Shown: one piece after another, positions 13,274 through 25,500 of the stretch
Layout: each line of letters begins with the position of its first letter
Position numbering within the stretch: position 1 is the first letter of the stretch
Source: Felis catus
Taxonomy: Eukaryota
Assembly (NCBI RefSeq): GCF_018350175.1
Contig: NC_058368.1
Span: 161,574,001-161,638,000, forward strand
Direction of reading: 5' to 3'
Length of the DNA: 64,000 bases
Translations under genes and position numbers: made by a program
Notes under the pieces: model-generated
What the model saw: only the letters and a program-made list of their open reading frames with translations
What the model was told of the DNA's origin: nothing
Databases searched by the model: none

Positions 13274-13690
13274 GGGGGCACCTGGGTGGCTCGGTCAGTT
13301 AAGTATCTGACTTTTTTTTTAAATTTTTTTTAACGTTTATTTTTGAGACAGAGAGAGACAGAACATGAATGGGGGAGGGTCAGAGAGAGGGAGACACAGA
13401 ATCTGAAACAAGCTCCAGGCTCTGAGCTGTCAGCACAGAGCCCGACGCGGGGCTTGAACTCACTGACCGTGAGATCATGACCTGAGCCGAAGTCAGCCGC
13501 TTAACTGACTGAGCCACCCAGGCACCCCAAGTATCTGACTCTTGATATCGGCTTATGTCATGATCTCACAGTTCATAGGATCAAGCCCTGTGTCAGCAGA
13601 GCCTGCTTGGGATTCTCTCTCTCCTTCTCTCTCTGCCTATCCCTCACTTGTGTGTACTCTCTTTCTCTCTCAAGATAAATAAATAAAATT
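13274..13690 (+). mobile_element. Can-SINE (outer), interrupted by a second SINE
   Basis: Head 13274-13312; body resumes at 13529 with aagtatctgactcttgatatcggc...tctctcaagataaataaataaaa. Confidence 0.93.
13313..13528 (-). mobile_element. Can-SINE (SINEC_Fc, inner, nested)
   Basis: TSD aagtatctgact at 13301-13312 and 13529-13540; retains several CpGs. Confidence 0.96.
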
Positions 13691-13790
13691 TAATATATAC
13701 ATATACATATATATGTATACATATACATATGTGTGTGTATATCTATATATATACACATATACATATATATGTATATACATATTTATATAC

Positions 13791-14045
13791 AAAGAAAGAC
13801 AAATATCATATGACTTCACTCATATGAGCACTTTAAGACACAGAACAGATGAACATAAGGGTAGGGAAGCAAAAATAATATGAAAAAAGGGAGGGGGACA
13901 AAACATAAGTCTCTTAAATATGGAGAGCAAACAGAGGGTTCCTGGAGGGGTTGTGGGAGGGGGGATGGGCTAAATGGGTAAGGGGCATTAAGGAATCTAC
14001 TCCTGAAATCATTGTTACAATATATGCTAACTAATTTGGATATAA

Positions 14046-14048
<3 letters not shown>
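13791..14048 (+). mobile_element. Felid L1 3'UTR fragment between (TA)/(CATA) microsatellites
   Basis: agaaagacaaatatcatatgacttcactcatatgag...catattaaggaatctactcctgaaatcattg-type 3'UTR, closely similar to the 3'UTR at 33490-33740; (TA)n at 14049-14093. Confidence 0.93.
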
Positions 14049-14096
<48 letters not shown>

Positions 14097-14883
14097 CCAA
14101 GAAAGTTATATATAATGAAACTATACAGAAATGGCCTGTATAGAAACTTTGTCTTTACAAGCTTATTTTGTTTTATCGGATGCTGCAGGATATGTTTGTC
14201 CTCATTTACCCATGTAGAAACAGAGGTTCAAAAAGTGAAAGGTTTATCCAAAGAAACCCAACCATTAGGTAACAGAGAAGAGTTTTCAGCATAGACTATG
14301 CAGATTTTTGCCCAAGTCAGCAGCCTTGGAGACAGGAACTGCTGTGGAGAAACAGCTTCCTCCCCTACTAACTCTGCTACCCCATTTTAAAGGTGAAGAA
14401 ATTGAGGAACATAAAAGGTGAGGCCAGGAATTCATATCTGTATAACTCCAAACTCTGTGTTTCCCACTATGTCATATCACATGATAAAAGCACATCTACT
14501 TTTTTTATTGAAAATATCCAAGAGCTAATAATGTTTTAATTTTGGCAGTGGAAAGAAAACACATATTCGGAAATTTGAGGGACATAAATTATCCAATGAA
14601 GCTAATGGTTTCTATAGATACCTGAAATTCTAAGGGGGACAGTGACATATAAACATTATTTTAGAACTCAGTAAGATATACAAAATGTTAACACACACTT
14701 GTGTACATCCCTCTCCTGATGGCTTTTTTTGTTGTTATTGTATCAAAGGACCACGGTCAAATGTTTTGGCACAAATCTTCTGAGTAAAATGATTCCTATC
14801 AGTTCTTTATATTAAAAAAAAATGACAAAGTATAAAGAAAATTATAATGTTGGGAAAAATTTCACAGGGGATGATGACAGTAA

Positions 14884-15150
14884 TTTTTTTTTAAGACATT
14901 TAGGTTTGAGAGACAAAGAAAGACAGAGCATGAGCTGGGCGGGGACAGGGGTGGGGGTGGGGGTGGGAGGGTGGCCGCGGCGGGGCGGGCAGAGAGAGAG
15001 GGAGACACAGAATCCAAAACAGGCTCCAGGCTCTGAGCTGTCAGCACAGAGTCCAACATAGGGCTCATCCCAAGGCTTGAACCTATGAACTGTGAGATAA
15101 TGACCTGAGCCAAAGTCGGATGCTTAACTAACTGAGCCACCCAGGTCTCG
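14884..15150 (-). mobile_element. Can-SINE with a G-rich insertion
   Basis: SINEC_Fc body caggctccaggctctgagctgtcagcacagag; G-run expansion ~14937-14990. Confidence 0.93.
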
Positions 15151-15389
15151 CTATAATGGTAAAATTTAACATCAGCTACTATGTGAAATCTAGAGATCAG
15201 ACTTCAGGTCCTCCAAATTTCCAGGCCATACTGTTTGGAGAAGACTGTGGATCTCCCAACACTGTGTCCTAGGTGTTCCTTCTTGTTTTTTTCTCCTTTT
15301 TATATTTGAGGTAGAATACGGAGGTAATAGTAATAGTGGCTTACATGTGCAGTGTTTTGTTTTTGGTGGTGGGTTATTTGGTATTGTTT

Positions 15390-15480
15390 TTATTTTATTT
15401 TTCAGGTAAGACTTTATTTTTTTAGAGAAGTTTAAGGCTCATTTCAAAATTGAGAGGAAGGTACAGAGGTTTCTCCTGCC
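15390..15480 (-). mobile_element. Old L1M 3'-end fragment
   Basis: actttattttttagagaagtttaaggctc...aaaattgagaggaaggtacagaggtttc. Confidence 0.65.
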
Positions 15481-15534
15481 CACTTTTTAAAATATAGTGT
15501 GTAACTGCCTCATTTAATTTAATTCTATGATAAA

Positions 15535-15740
15535 TTTTTTAATATTTATTATTGAGAGACAGAGAGACACAGAGCATGAGCAAGGAAGGGACAGAGAGAG
15601 GGGGAGAGACAGAATCTGAAGCAAGCTCCAGGCTCTGAACTGTCAGCCCAGAGCCCCAGGCGGGGCTCGAATCCACAAACCGCAAGATCATGACCTGAGC
15701 CAAAGTCGACGCTTAACCGACTGAGCCACCCAGGCACCCC
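15535..15740 (-). mobile_element. Can-SINE (SINEC_Fc) within a MIR
   Basis: Full body; TSD catttaatttaattct / catttcatttcattct. Confidence 0.95.
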
Positions 15741-15875
15741 CATTTCATTTCATTCTAAAAGCAATCTTGTGTGATGTGGGTAGTGTAGACCTCTTAATGG
15801 AAAACCATGGTTTACATAGGTTGTTATGCACCTGAATTCGCAGAGCTCTTAAGTGGGTCCAGTTTGTGCTTACTG

Positions 15876-16078
15876 CAGTAGTGTTTGGTAAATGCTTAAT
15901 AACTGGTTCTCAGGTGAATAAAAAGTCCCTACTGTGGCCCTGTTGATTTCAGTGGTGTGAGAATTCCTATCATGGCCAATTTCAGACTACCACTCTGATA
16001 TCATTGAACATGGAGTTGGGAGGAAAGGCTCTTAATCATCTCTTATGAGCCAGGATGAGCTGGCTTCCGTACATTGTG
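15876..16078 (-). mobile_element. MER63-like hAT MITE
   Basis: catggccaatttcagactacc...tcattgaacatggagttgggagg...gagccaggatgagctggcttcc. Confidence 0.7.
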
Positions 16079-16100
16079 ATCCACTTACAGTAACCTAAAC

Positions 16101-16406
16101 CAGGATCAGCAACCTTTTTCTCTAAAGGGACAAATAATAAATATCTTAAGCTTTGCTGGCCATAAAATGTCTGTTACAACTACTTAAATCCACCATTGTA
16201 GTACAAAGGAAGTCAGGCAAAATGTAAAAGAATACATTTGATTGTGTAAGTGTGTGTATGGTTATTGAATTTTGAATTTCATAAGTTTTTCAAATGTCAC
16301 AAAACTTGATTATTTTGATTTTTTTCAACCATTTAAAAATGTAAAATGCATTTTACCTTGTAAGATATATAAAATATGAAAACAGGCCACATTCTGCAGA
16401 TTTCTG
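16101..16406 (+). mobile_element. MER58 (B-like) hAT-Charlie MITE
   Basis: caggatcagcaacctttttctctaaagggacaaataataaatatcttaagctttgctggcc...ttttcaaccatttaaaaatgtaaaa; flanks acctaaac / gtctagac. Confidence 0.85.
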
Positions 16407-16669
16407 GTCTAGACTGTAGATAACTGGCATTGGAGGAGACTGAGCTGAGTGGCATTCGTAACTAGTCCAGACATACCAGTGTCTAGTGTCCTATGTCCTA
16501 CCTGAATCTTTTGAACTTCGGGTCATCAGTGTCCTTGGTCCCTTTTGGCCTTCAAAAGACATCAGCTCCAAAGACACCTGCTTCCTTACGTGCTTTTTTC
16601 TTCCTCTCCATCTCCACCAGCATATCTTGTGCTGAGTTCTGTGGTTGTCAGCATGAAGTCTACTGCATA

Positions 16670-16912
16670 CACTGGTTTTAAAAATTTTAGAAACTATAAG
16701 AAATACACTTTACATCCTGAATATAAACACATAAAGACACACATAAAATAACTGAAACAAGCATTTCATGAATCAGATTTTATCATACCATTTGCAATTA
16801 TTGTTTGGTTTTCTACTCTATTCATTTCCATTCCATTCATTCCATTCTGTTTTTAAAACTTGCTCCTGGAGAATCATTAGTGGGTCAACATCTACATTTT
16901 GTAAAACCCGGA
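16670..16912. mobile_element. MER112/MER113-like hAT-Charlie MITE
   Basis: taagaaatacactttacatc...aactgaaacaagcatttcatgaa...cattagtgggtc...ttttgtaaaacccgg. Confidence 0.55.
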
Positions 16913-16977
16913 TTTAATTAAGATGATTGGCACCAAGCTGTGAATATTCTATAAACTAATTTCCCCTTACATTCACC

Positions 16978-17004
16978 TACACACACACACACACACACAC
17001 ACAC
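16978..17004. repeat. (CA)n microsatellite
   Basis: Pure acacac run. Confidence 0.95.
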
Positions 17005-17457
17005 AGGGCTATTTGCAGTTGCTAAAAGGAACCATTAGCCAAATGAATCATAAGTTGTGGAAAGTATGTTAAGGTTTTTCTGAGCAGGGATTCCTAAGAC
17101 TTTGTTCCTATTCGAGGAATTGTTAGGTCACTTTTTTCTCTTGTCAGTGATCTAGAACTCCCTCTCTATAAGCAAATTTGGATCCTATGTACTCATATCG
17201 TGATAACACTTTTTTTTTCTAGCAGTACAGCTATGATATGCAAAACACTACTCTGATTTGTAGAGGAATCCAATATAATATTTTAATATTGCATATGTTT
17301 TATATTTATTATTTATGTTTTTGGCATTTTTTCCTCTTTCTATACTCTTATCAAATAGAATAGAATTATCAGTTGGTAGACTGATTAATCCATATACCAC
17401 CTTGTCTGTAACTAAGTTATGTTATTATTTTATGTTTTATTTAAAACATACATTTTA

Positions 17458-17569
17458 GGCTCAGAGCCTGGAGCCTGTTTCCGATTCTGTGTCTCCCTCT
17501 CTCTCTGACCCTCCCCCCGTTCATGCTCTGTCTCTCTCTGTCCCAAAAATAAATAAACGTTGAAAAAAA
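17458..17569 (+). mobile_element. 5'-truncated young Can-SINE (SINEC_Fc) with perfect 15-bp TSD
   Basis: TSD aaaacatacatttta at 17443-17457 and 17570-17584; 3' half only; intact A tail. Confidence 0.96.
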
Positions 17570-17829
17570 AAAACATACATTTTAATCCTTCTGTATAGAT
17601 TGCTGAGTATGCCCATAAAACAAAACCAAATCAACATAAATCCAGGTTGAAAATCCATCAGACCATTAATTGTACCAAAATGTTCTGTGATTCCATCAGA
17701 CATCCTCTTTCTGGTTTGTTATATCTTTCCCTAATGATGGGCATTAGGGTGATGTAACTGCTGATTCAACCTGGGGAATAACTTGAGGAAACTGTTTATA
17801 GTCTGATGGAAGTTTTAAATGACATTAGA

Positions 17830-18030
17830 GAAAATGATTCTGACTTGGAACTAGGAAACTCCTTTTCAAACCATTCTTTATCATAAGAGCTATGTGGCCT
17901 TTAGCATATTTGTGAAAATAGGTGCAGTTTCTTACTTTATAAAGTTAAAATGCTACTACTCTACCTCTCCCAGGAAGGTGTTTGGGAAGCAGGGATTAGC
18001 TAATACATGTAAATGTCTTTGTAAACTTGA
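17830..18030 (+). mobile_element. MIR-family SINE
   Basis: tgacttggaactaggaaact...agctatgtggcctttagca...gcagttttcttactttataaagtt. Confidence 0.6.
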
Positions 18031-18819
18031 AAGCAGCCTGAAACAGAATAAATCCTCTATACATGAAGAACTATTAAACAATTTTTGTCATTTCTAATTT
18101 CACTTTGATAGGGAAGCCACATCTAACCTTTCCTCCCTCTGCAGTTCTAAGATATGACATAGCCTGTGTGCACTTCTCCATAAGGAGTCATGTTTGTTTG
18201 CAGTGGGCAGTGTGTGCATGTGTCTGTATTCTGAATGCGTCGTTTACTACTTTTGGTGGCTCAAATGCAGGGAGATCACAGGACTTTGACAGTTGGTGGA
18301 GACAGAAATTTCCGCAATAGTAATAACTTGAATATATAGGCAAAATTTTTAACATTATCATGACTTATTGCTAGAAGACGCTGAATAAATGCATTAGACA
18401 CACATCAGCTCTTTTAATTACCATTTTAAAGCTTCACTAGTTCTTTTATCCTTTGTGTTTAATAAGCTATTATAACTGTTTCATATTATCTTCAAATTAA
18501 AATTTCTTCCATTAAAAAATGAAACCTTTAAAAATGATTGAAATATTTTAATGCATAGTTGAAAACTGTTTCAAAGTAGAAAAAGTCACAGATAATTCTC
18601 TTTTGCTTTTCTTTCATATATGTATGTACATAATAAACTAGAAGCAACTCTTTAACAAAACTTGTATTTTACAAGGCAAAAACTTGAGACCTGCCACAAA
18701 GGGAGAGGAAAATGAAGTATAACTTCCTAGGATTTCTGAGTAAAGGATATGAGTTAATATCTATAATGTCTAAAACACACAATGTCAGTTTTTAGGTCCC
18801 TTGAATACAAAATATTATT

Positions 18820-20110
18820 TTATTGTTTTACTATTTTAATTTCTGATACTCAGATGCATAGTGTTAAGTGAACTATGCTAACTCGGCTTATGGCACATTA
18901 TCATCAATGATTCATTCTATTTCTCTCTCTTGTTTTACTCATTTATTTATTTCCACGCTCTGCTTCTATTCCCATTTATCTAATAGTCATTATGGTAATA
19001 TCAGTAATATTTTTAATGTGTATTTGATGTGTGTATGTTTTGACAAATGTGTATCACTTTGTGTGCAAGTATTTTTAATGTATGTAAGTGGTATTGCATT
19101 CTATATGACAGTCTCTATCATCTTTTGTCACTTTTATCATTAAATACTATGTTTCAAGAACATTTATGTTTCTTTGTGTATTTCTAATCCATTACTGCAT
19201 CACTCACTATTCCATGCACAATACCTCATGGTGTGCATCAACTTTGTTTTCTACCCTTCTAGCAGAATGCCGTAAACTCTCTATTCCTATGAATATTGCT
19301 GCAGTGAACATCAATGTACACGTCTCTCTGATGACTTCTGTGAGAATCTCTTAGAATTATATGCCAAGGAGTGGAATTCCTGGACTCTAAAGCATACATA
19401 ATTTATTTTGTTAGGAAATTATGGAATCTCCCCAGAATCAATATAGCAATCTACATTATCAGCAGTAGACAGAAATTCATATAGCTCATATCGATGACAG
19501 TGCTTTATATTATCTAGCTTTGCATTTAATAGGTATAACATGATATCTCATTGCTTTCACGTATAATTCTTTGTTTAATAATAATTATAAGCTCTTCCTT
19601 ATGTTTCTTAGCTATTTTTTAATTTCCTGCTCTGCTTTTATTTATTCTTACTTGTTCTTATCTATTTGTCAATTTCAATTCCTTTGTCAATTTTCCTATG
19701 ATGGATGACTTGTTGGCTTTTAAGGAATTCTGGTTTTTGTTTCTCTGTCATCTGTAAATTTCGAATGTCTTTTTCTGTTCTATTTATATGTACTAATTTT
19801 GTTCAGAATTCATTTTGCACGTACCATCTTAATTTTATATAATATAAATAAATAAATATGTGTTTTGCCTTAGGATTTGTACCTTTGAAATTTTAAGAAA
19901 TCCATATTTTTCATGAAGACAATTTCCAACATTTCCTACTAATATTTTTACAGTGTTATATTTAACATTTAGTGTTTAATTCTTTTGAGATCCTCTTTTT
20001 GATGTTGTGAGCTCTCTCTTGTCCCACTGGACTATTGTCTGTCTCAGTTTGGTACAAGACCATATTTATTATTATGGCTTTGTAATCCATCCAGTTATCT
20101 GGATGATCAA
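18820..20110 (-). mobile_element. Ancient L1 (L1ME-like) fragment
   Basis: aatattgctgcagtgaacatcaatgtaca...aggagtggaattcctggactc...tgatatctcattgcttt; highly diverged. Confidence 0.75.
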
Positions 20111-20114
20111 TTTT

Positions 20115-20680
20115 ATGGATGTTAAAGGATCATAAGGCCATTCGGTCCAGATTTCCATATGATGTCCAAATCTCTGACAACATCCCTAATGGATCATCCT
20201 CAGCCTGTGTTTAAGCAACTCTGTTGTTACTTTTCCAAGTAATCAATCCTATTTTTGATTAGGTGTCTTTACACATGATCTTTATATTTTGAAATGAAAT
20301 CTATTCTACTGTAACCCCTATGCTTTCACCATAGCTAGTTCCTCTGGAGCAAAACAAAGGATTTATTTGATAAATTGATACACAATTGATACATAACAAT
20401 TCTTTAGCTATCATTGTGATCTTCAAAATCATGTTTTTTCCCTCCAGGTTTAATATCCTCAACTAGTTTATCTGTCCTCATGTGTTTTGATATTCAGACA
20501 CATCTCAGTTCTAGATATCCTGCTCAGGGCACAATCCATTTAATCTTTTATCCTTTTAAAACACTGTATATGTAACTGGAAAATAATTCAGATGTGGTCT
20601 GAGAAGCATACAGTATAGTGAAAGTACTGTCCTCTTCATGTGGACACCAAAACTGTTGATGGGTGCTCCTTCCATGGCTC
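20115..20680 (-). mobile_element. L3/CR1 LINE fragment
   Basis: acaacatccctaatggatcatcctcagcctgtgttta...ctccaggtttaatatcctcaact...taattcagatgtggtctgagaagcatacagtatagtg. Confidence 0.75.
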
Positions 20681-21589
20681 AGTTAATTTAACTCTTAAAA
20701 ATGTAGCACATCTTAAGGAACAAATAAAAAATACTCAAGTCTACTATTATCACTGTTATGAATCTTAATCTCTTTAAACAGAGAAAAAAATAAAGCAGTA
20801 TTTTTAGTGCAATTAATATTATCATTGTCCAAATATTCCTCCCATGAGCAAATTCTCTGAAACCTTTGACTTGGTAGTCAAAGACACATACCAAGATTGG
20901 TCATTTCTATGGTCACACTTCACAAAACTGCCATGAAGTACAGTACATCTGGTATTTTAACTTATTTCACAGGAGATCTAGTTTCCTTGGACCACTCCAA
21001 GTTAAATTGGCCATAATAATGTCCTGGCATGTCTCTTTCCTATTTTTAGGCAGTATTTCCTCACACATCATTCAACTCTCAGCATGGAAATATCTAGGAA
21101 AATATTAGAAGGATGATTTGCCCCCTCTAGGCAAAAAGGGAGAAAAGCATAAGAACCAATGACAAGCTCCATATGGGGAGAACCCAAAATGTGACAAATC
21201 ATGTCAACTATATGACACACTACTGTAGGCCTGTCAGCTCACTTTCAGTGTGCTATTATAGGATTAGTTTCATCATATCCCCATGCAAATTCCAGCTGTG
21301 TGTCCTGAAATCCAGGGGAAAGGCCCAACAACATCATGGTGGGTGATTTTCATTGAAGTTCATTGCAGTGAATCCTCTTAGTTCTTTTTCCCATACATTC
21401 TTGCTTACACTGATTGAAAAATAAATACTCTTGCTGCTTTGAGCTTCAACATGTTTCCCTAAGCAATTTCTAGCCTATTTTGACAGACTATCTTTAGGTT
21501 GTGTTGGACACTCATTCAGCAATTTGGCTGAATACATTTAGAATCAGCTTAGAAATCTGTTGAGCTTTGTCTGATTGTATACTAGCATA

Positions 21590-22100
21590 ATTTATCTCAT
21601 CCTTCAAAATCCAAGTTGAAGGTCATTTCTTCGGTGATGGCTTCCTCTGCTAGAATTAATGCTTTGCCTTTTTATGTTCTCTTCAAAGACAATTGACAAC
21701 ACGATTATAGTATTTTTCATTTATTGAGAAAACATTCGAGTTCCCATTACAAATAAACTCTGTATTTGGTACTAAGGGTGCATAGTTGAACAAAAGTTAA
21801 CCCCTTGCTTTAAGGAAACTTACAATCTAGTTGTGGAGATAGTCATGGAACCATGATTGCATAGCAGAAAAATGTATGACCATACCAATGAAATTTAGCA
21901 AAAGCTTGGTTTACAAGTTACAATAATAATAAAATAAAAAATAAAAGATAAAAATATGATTGCAACACAGTGTGGTAATATAAGGATGAAGGTATGCACA
22001 AGAGATGGGGTTTTTATAGGGAAGTGATCAAATTGTCTTGGATCTGAGTCAGTTCAGACTAGATAAATAAGACATTTCACTTGGGTCTTGAAGAGAGAGG
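21590..22100. mobile_element. L2 fragments
   Basis: ctcatccttcaaaatccaagttgaaggtcatttcttc; ccccttgctttaaggaaacttacaatctagttg. Confidence 0.6.
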
Positions 22101-22232
22101 AATTCACTTACAGTCCAGTTTGTTTGGTATATATTGGCTTCCTCCACCAAAACGCTGTACTCCTTGGGCTAGAAAATATGAGTTCTAATTACCACTGCCT
22201 GGCAAGCAAATGGATCAAAAATAAAATGGCTA

Positions 22233-22445
22233 GGGGCTCCAGGGTGGCTCTATTGGTTAAGTGTCCGACTCCTAGTTTCAGCTCAGGTCATGAAGTCACA
22301 GTTTGTGGGCTCGAGCCCTATATCAGGCTCTGTGCTGACAGTGCAGAGCCTCCTTGGGATTCTCTCTCCCCATCTCTCTCTACCCCTCCCCACCTCTCTC
22401 TCTCTTCCTCTCTCAAAATAAATCAACTTAAAAAATAAATTAATT
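22233..22445 (+). mobile_element. Can-SINE
   Basis: ggggctccagggtggctc head, typical body and tail. Confidence 0.95.
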
Positions 22446-23189
22446 AACTAAAACAGATTTTTTAAAAAAACAACTAAACTATAAAAAAGGGAAAATAAGG
22501 AAAATGCTGAGATGAGGGCACCTATTTATTAGGCCCAAGACCTATGGTAAGGCCCTTTTTCTACTAGTCTGTCCCTGTCCTCCTTGAACATTGGTCCTCT
22601 GGAGGACCCCAGCCATATAGAATTCATGTAAGTTTCCCATTTAGGCTTTGCTTTTTTGGGCAGCAAGAATTAAACATGGAAACTTTCTTTTTCCTTCATC
22701 ACAGCATGCCTTTTATTTCTCCCAGAAGCTTTGTCTTGTGTTCTATAACAGCTAATCCATCTGGGAGATTCCTGCCATTCATTTATTACCCACACAGCAT
22801 ATGTGGGTTTAAAGCAGGTATCTACCACAAGGTACTCAAAACAGTGGTCTCACTATTTTCACATATCATAGCAGTTCAGTGGGGACAATATGGTAGAACA
22901 GGAGGACTTCTTGATGCAAATAAAAATTTTTTTAAAGCTTGATGTGATATTTACTGATTCAAAAAAACTTTATTTCTAGTGTTCAAGGAAAAAGGACAGA
23001 GAAGTATAGTGGTAAATGTGTCTCTAATCTGAAAACAACCAGTTTGTCCTCTGTGCTTCATCTTCAAATACCTTCCAACATAACCTGTGCATTCTTCTAA
23101 GAGTCTTTATTATTATTAGTTTCCAAAAACAGTTACTTTCATACTGACTCTCCTATCACCCTAATGATTATTTATCTCAAAAATAATGG

Positions 23190-23400
23190 CCACATTTCAG
23201 ATGCTATGCTAGTCACTTTAGTCACCACATTTACTAAATACAGAACTCGTAAGGTGTGTGTCTTGTCCCTCTTTTATGGATAGGTAAACTGAAGTTCATT
23301 GAGCTGGTCATGTCACATAAGAAGCAGGTGCTTGAAACCAAGTCTACCTAAGTCTGAAATCTTGGGTTATTTTATTACATCACGCTACATCCTTAATATA
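23190..23400 (-). mobile_element. MIR SINE
   Basis: ccctcttttatggataggtaaactgaagttcattgag...cttgaaaccaagtctacc. Confidence 0.65.
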
Positions 23401-23747
23401 TGTGTATAAGATGTGGTATAAATTAAATAGATTCTGTACAATCATGAGTCAGATATAGGAAAAGTATAATTTTCACGCTATTTAGAGGCAGGTGGAAGAA
23501 ACCCGATAGTTAAGGAGAACCTTAGACTCTTGCCACTCTTAGTGTGTGGGGAGGAAGGTTGTGAAGATGAAGGCACTGTTTGTAAAGGCAAGTTATTGTA
23601 GGAATCAACAACAATTTTAGATACGGACTTCAGATGGACCTAGACAGAGGAGAGCAGTCCCTGAGATTGGTGAGGAGGTTAGGGAGATGTAGGTACAGAA
23701 ATAAGTTAGAATGAGTCAGTTGGTAAGAGACCCACTAAAGCTTGGTG

Positions 23748-23812
23748 TTTTTTTTCGTTTTTTGTTTTTGTTTTTGTTTTTTGTTTTGTTTTGTTTTGTT
23801 TTGTTTTGTTTT
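23748..23812. repeat. (TTTTG)n microsatellite
   Basis: Direct read. Confidence 0.95.
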
Positions 23813-25299
23813 ACCATCTTAGGCATATTAGATGAGCCAAGCAGTTTTGCTTTTTGAGCAGTGATGGATGACCAGTTAAGAATAATGAATAAAACATATT
23901 ACAGGGATGATTTGAGATAGATCTTCTTCTCTGGGGAACAGTATAGGTCTTAGGCCATAGCAAACAGGGTCCTTCCTATGGCTTTGAAATATATTTCTGG
24001 AAATTTCTAAATCTTCTGGTGCTGGGACATGGTAGGAGAGAGGGAAGAGTTTGGGGGTAAAAGTATGCAGCAATACTATTCTGATATTTGGGCAGGTTCC
24101 TGGAGCCTGGCCTGAAACATAAGTGGGATCTGAACCGATTTTTTACCCTTAGGGTGCTTTCCAACCCTCCACATCCATATCAGACCAGTGGGGTTCAACA
24201 CATGCCTCAAATAATTCCAAGATTTGTGCATATTAGGTCATATTGCTCCTTAACCAGACTGGGGTTCCAAGAGGGCCCCTGGGAAGCAGATCACTCTTCT
24301 TCTCTAGTACATTTTTTTTTTTACCAAATTACTTGAGATCAGAGCACCAGAATGGTACTAGCACACTGATTGAGGGTGAGTCCCATTTACTTTACACAAA
24401 GGATAAAGATACCTTACATGACTGATTGAACAAAAGACTGACATCTAAGTACCACTTCTCTGTCCATTATTCTACAACCTCATGATTAAATCATTACATT
24501 TCCCATGGGCTATTCATTTTATAATACATTTTAAAGTCAAATTCCTAGTAAATTCCCGATTCTGAAAAAAAATTTTTTTTTACCTGGCTGAGACTCTGCC
24601 AAGCACCAAAATGAAATGCTGGTGTGGTGAGGTGAGTCCAGCTGCAGAACTCAGAAGGTAGAATCTGGGGACCATTTTTCTGGGCCAGCAACTGTTCTTA
24701 AACACATTGTACCTGAGCAGGAGTGAAACTTTGTAGTAGTACAATAAGATAAGCACTACTTGGATGTATCAAAAGTTTCCCCCCCCCTTAAAGAGATGGT
24801 TTGGAATTGAAATTTGAGTTGAACAAACACTTTTGATATTGCCCTGAAATATATTTCGAGGTTACAGTGACTACTTGTTTTTGTGTATTTCTTTTTATTG
24901 TATTTATATCATTTAATATGTGTCTAGAGTGTGTGCTAACAAGATTTAGAGTGTTTTGATTTTTTTTTTTCTCCTTGGGGGTGGAGGTGGGGAAGGCTTG
25001 AATAGAAGACTGAAACAAACAAACAAATCTGTGAAGGCAAGGGTGATGAAGTGCACAATAACCAGCATCAGAAACCTTAAAAGTGCTTCAACAAGGCTGC
25101 CTCTAGCCCAAAGTGATGGTGTATCTTGGGAACTTTCCATGAGCTCTATACTTTAAGTTTATTGGTGTGGCCCTAATATGAAGGTCACAATGTGTTTTAT
25201 AACACTTTCCCAAGGACTTGGAGTTTTGAATTGTTAATACAGATTCATCCAAATCACAGACTTTTTTCAGCCTGAAAAGTGCATACAGCCCATTTCTGA

Positions 25300-25500
25300 T
25301 AAGTAACATTGTCCTATTTTATTATTAGTTATTTCTGTTAATCTCTTACTGTGCCTAAATTATAAGTTAAACCTTATCATAGATATATATGTATAGGAAA
25401 AATGCATGGTATATATAGGCTTCAGTACTATCCAGTTTCAGGTACACAATGGGGGTCTTGAAATGTATCCCCTGTGGACAATGGTGGGGGAGGCTACTTA
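25300..25500. mobile_element. MER44 (Tigger7-derived) fragment
   Basis: ttattattagttatttctgttaatctcttactgtgcctaaattataag...gggggtcttgaaatgtatcccctgtgga; reverse-complement match to the start of the 55224 element. Confidence 0.85.

Noticed and set aside
15385..15412. Plus-strand ttttcag|gtaaga recursive-splice-like motif
   Set aside because: It lies in the T-rich reversed tail of an L1 fragment, so it is probably a by-product; it shows such motifs arise by chance.
24583..24712. Minus-strand exon candidate (ctcctgctcag|...ccag|gtaaaa)
   Set aside because: Mediocre splice sites and an unrecognisable translation.
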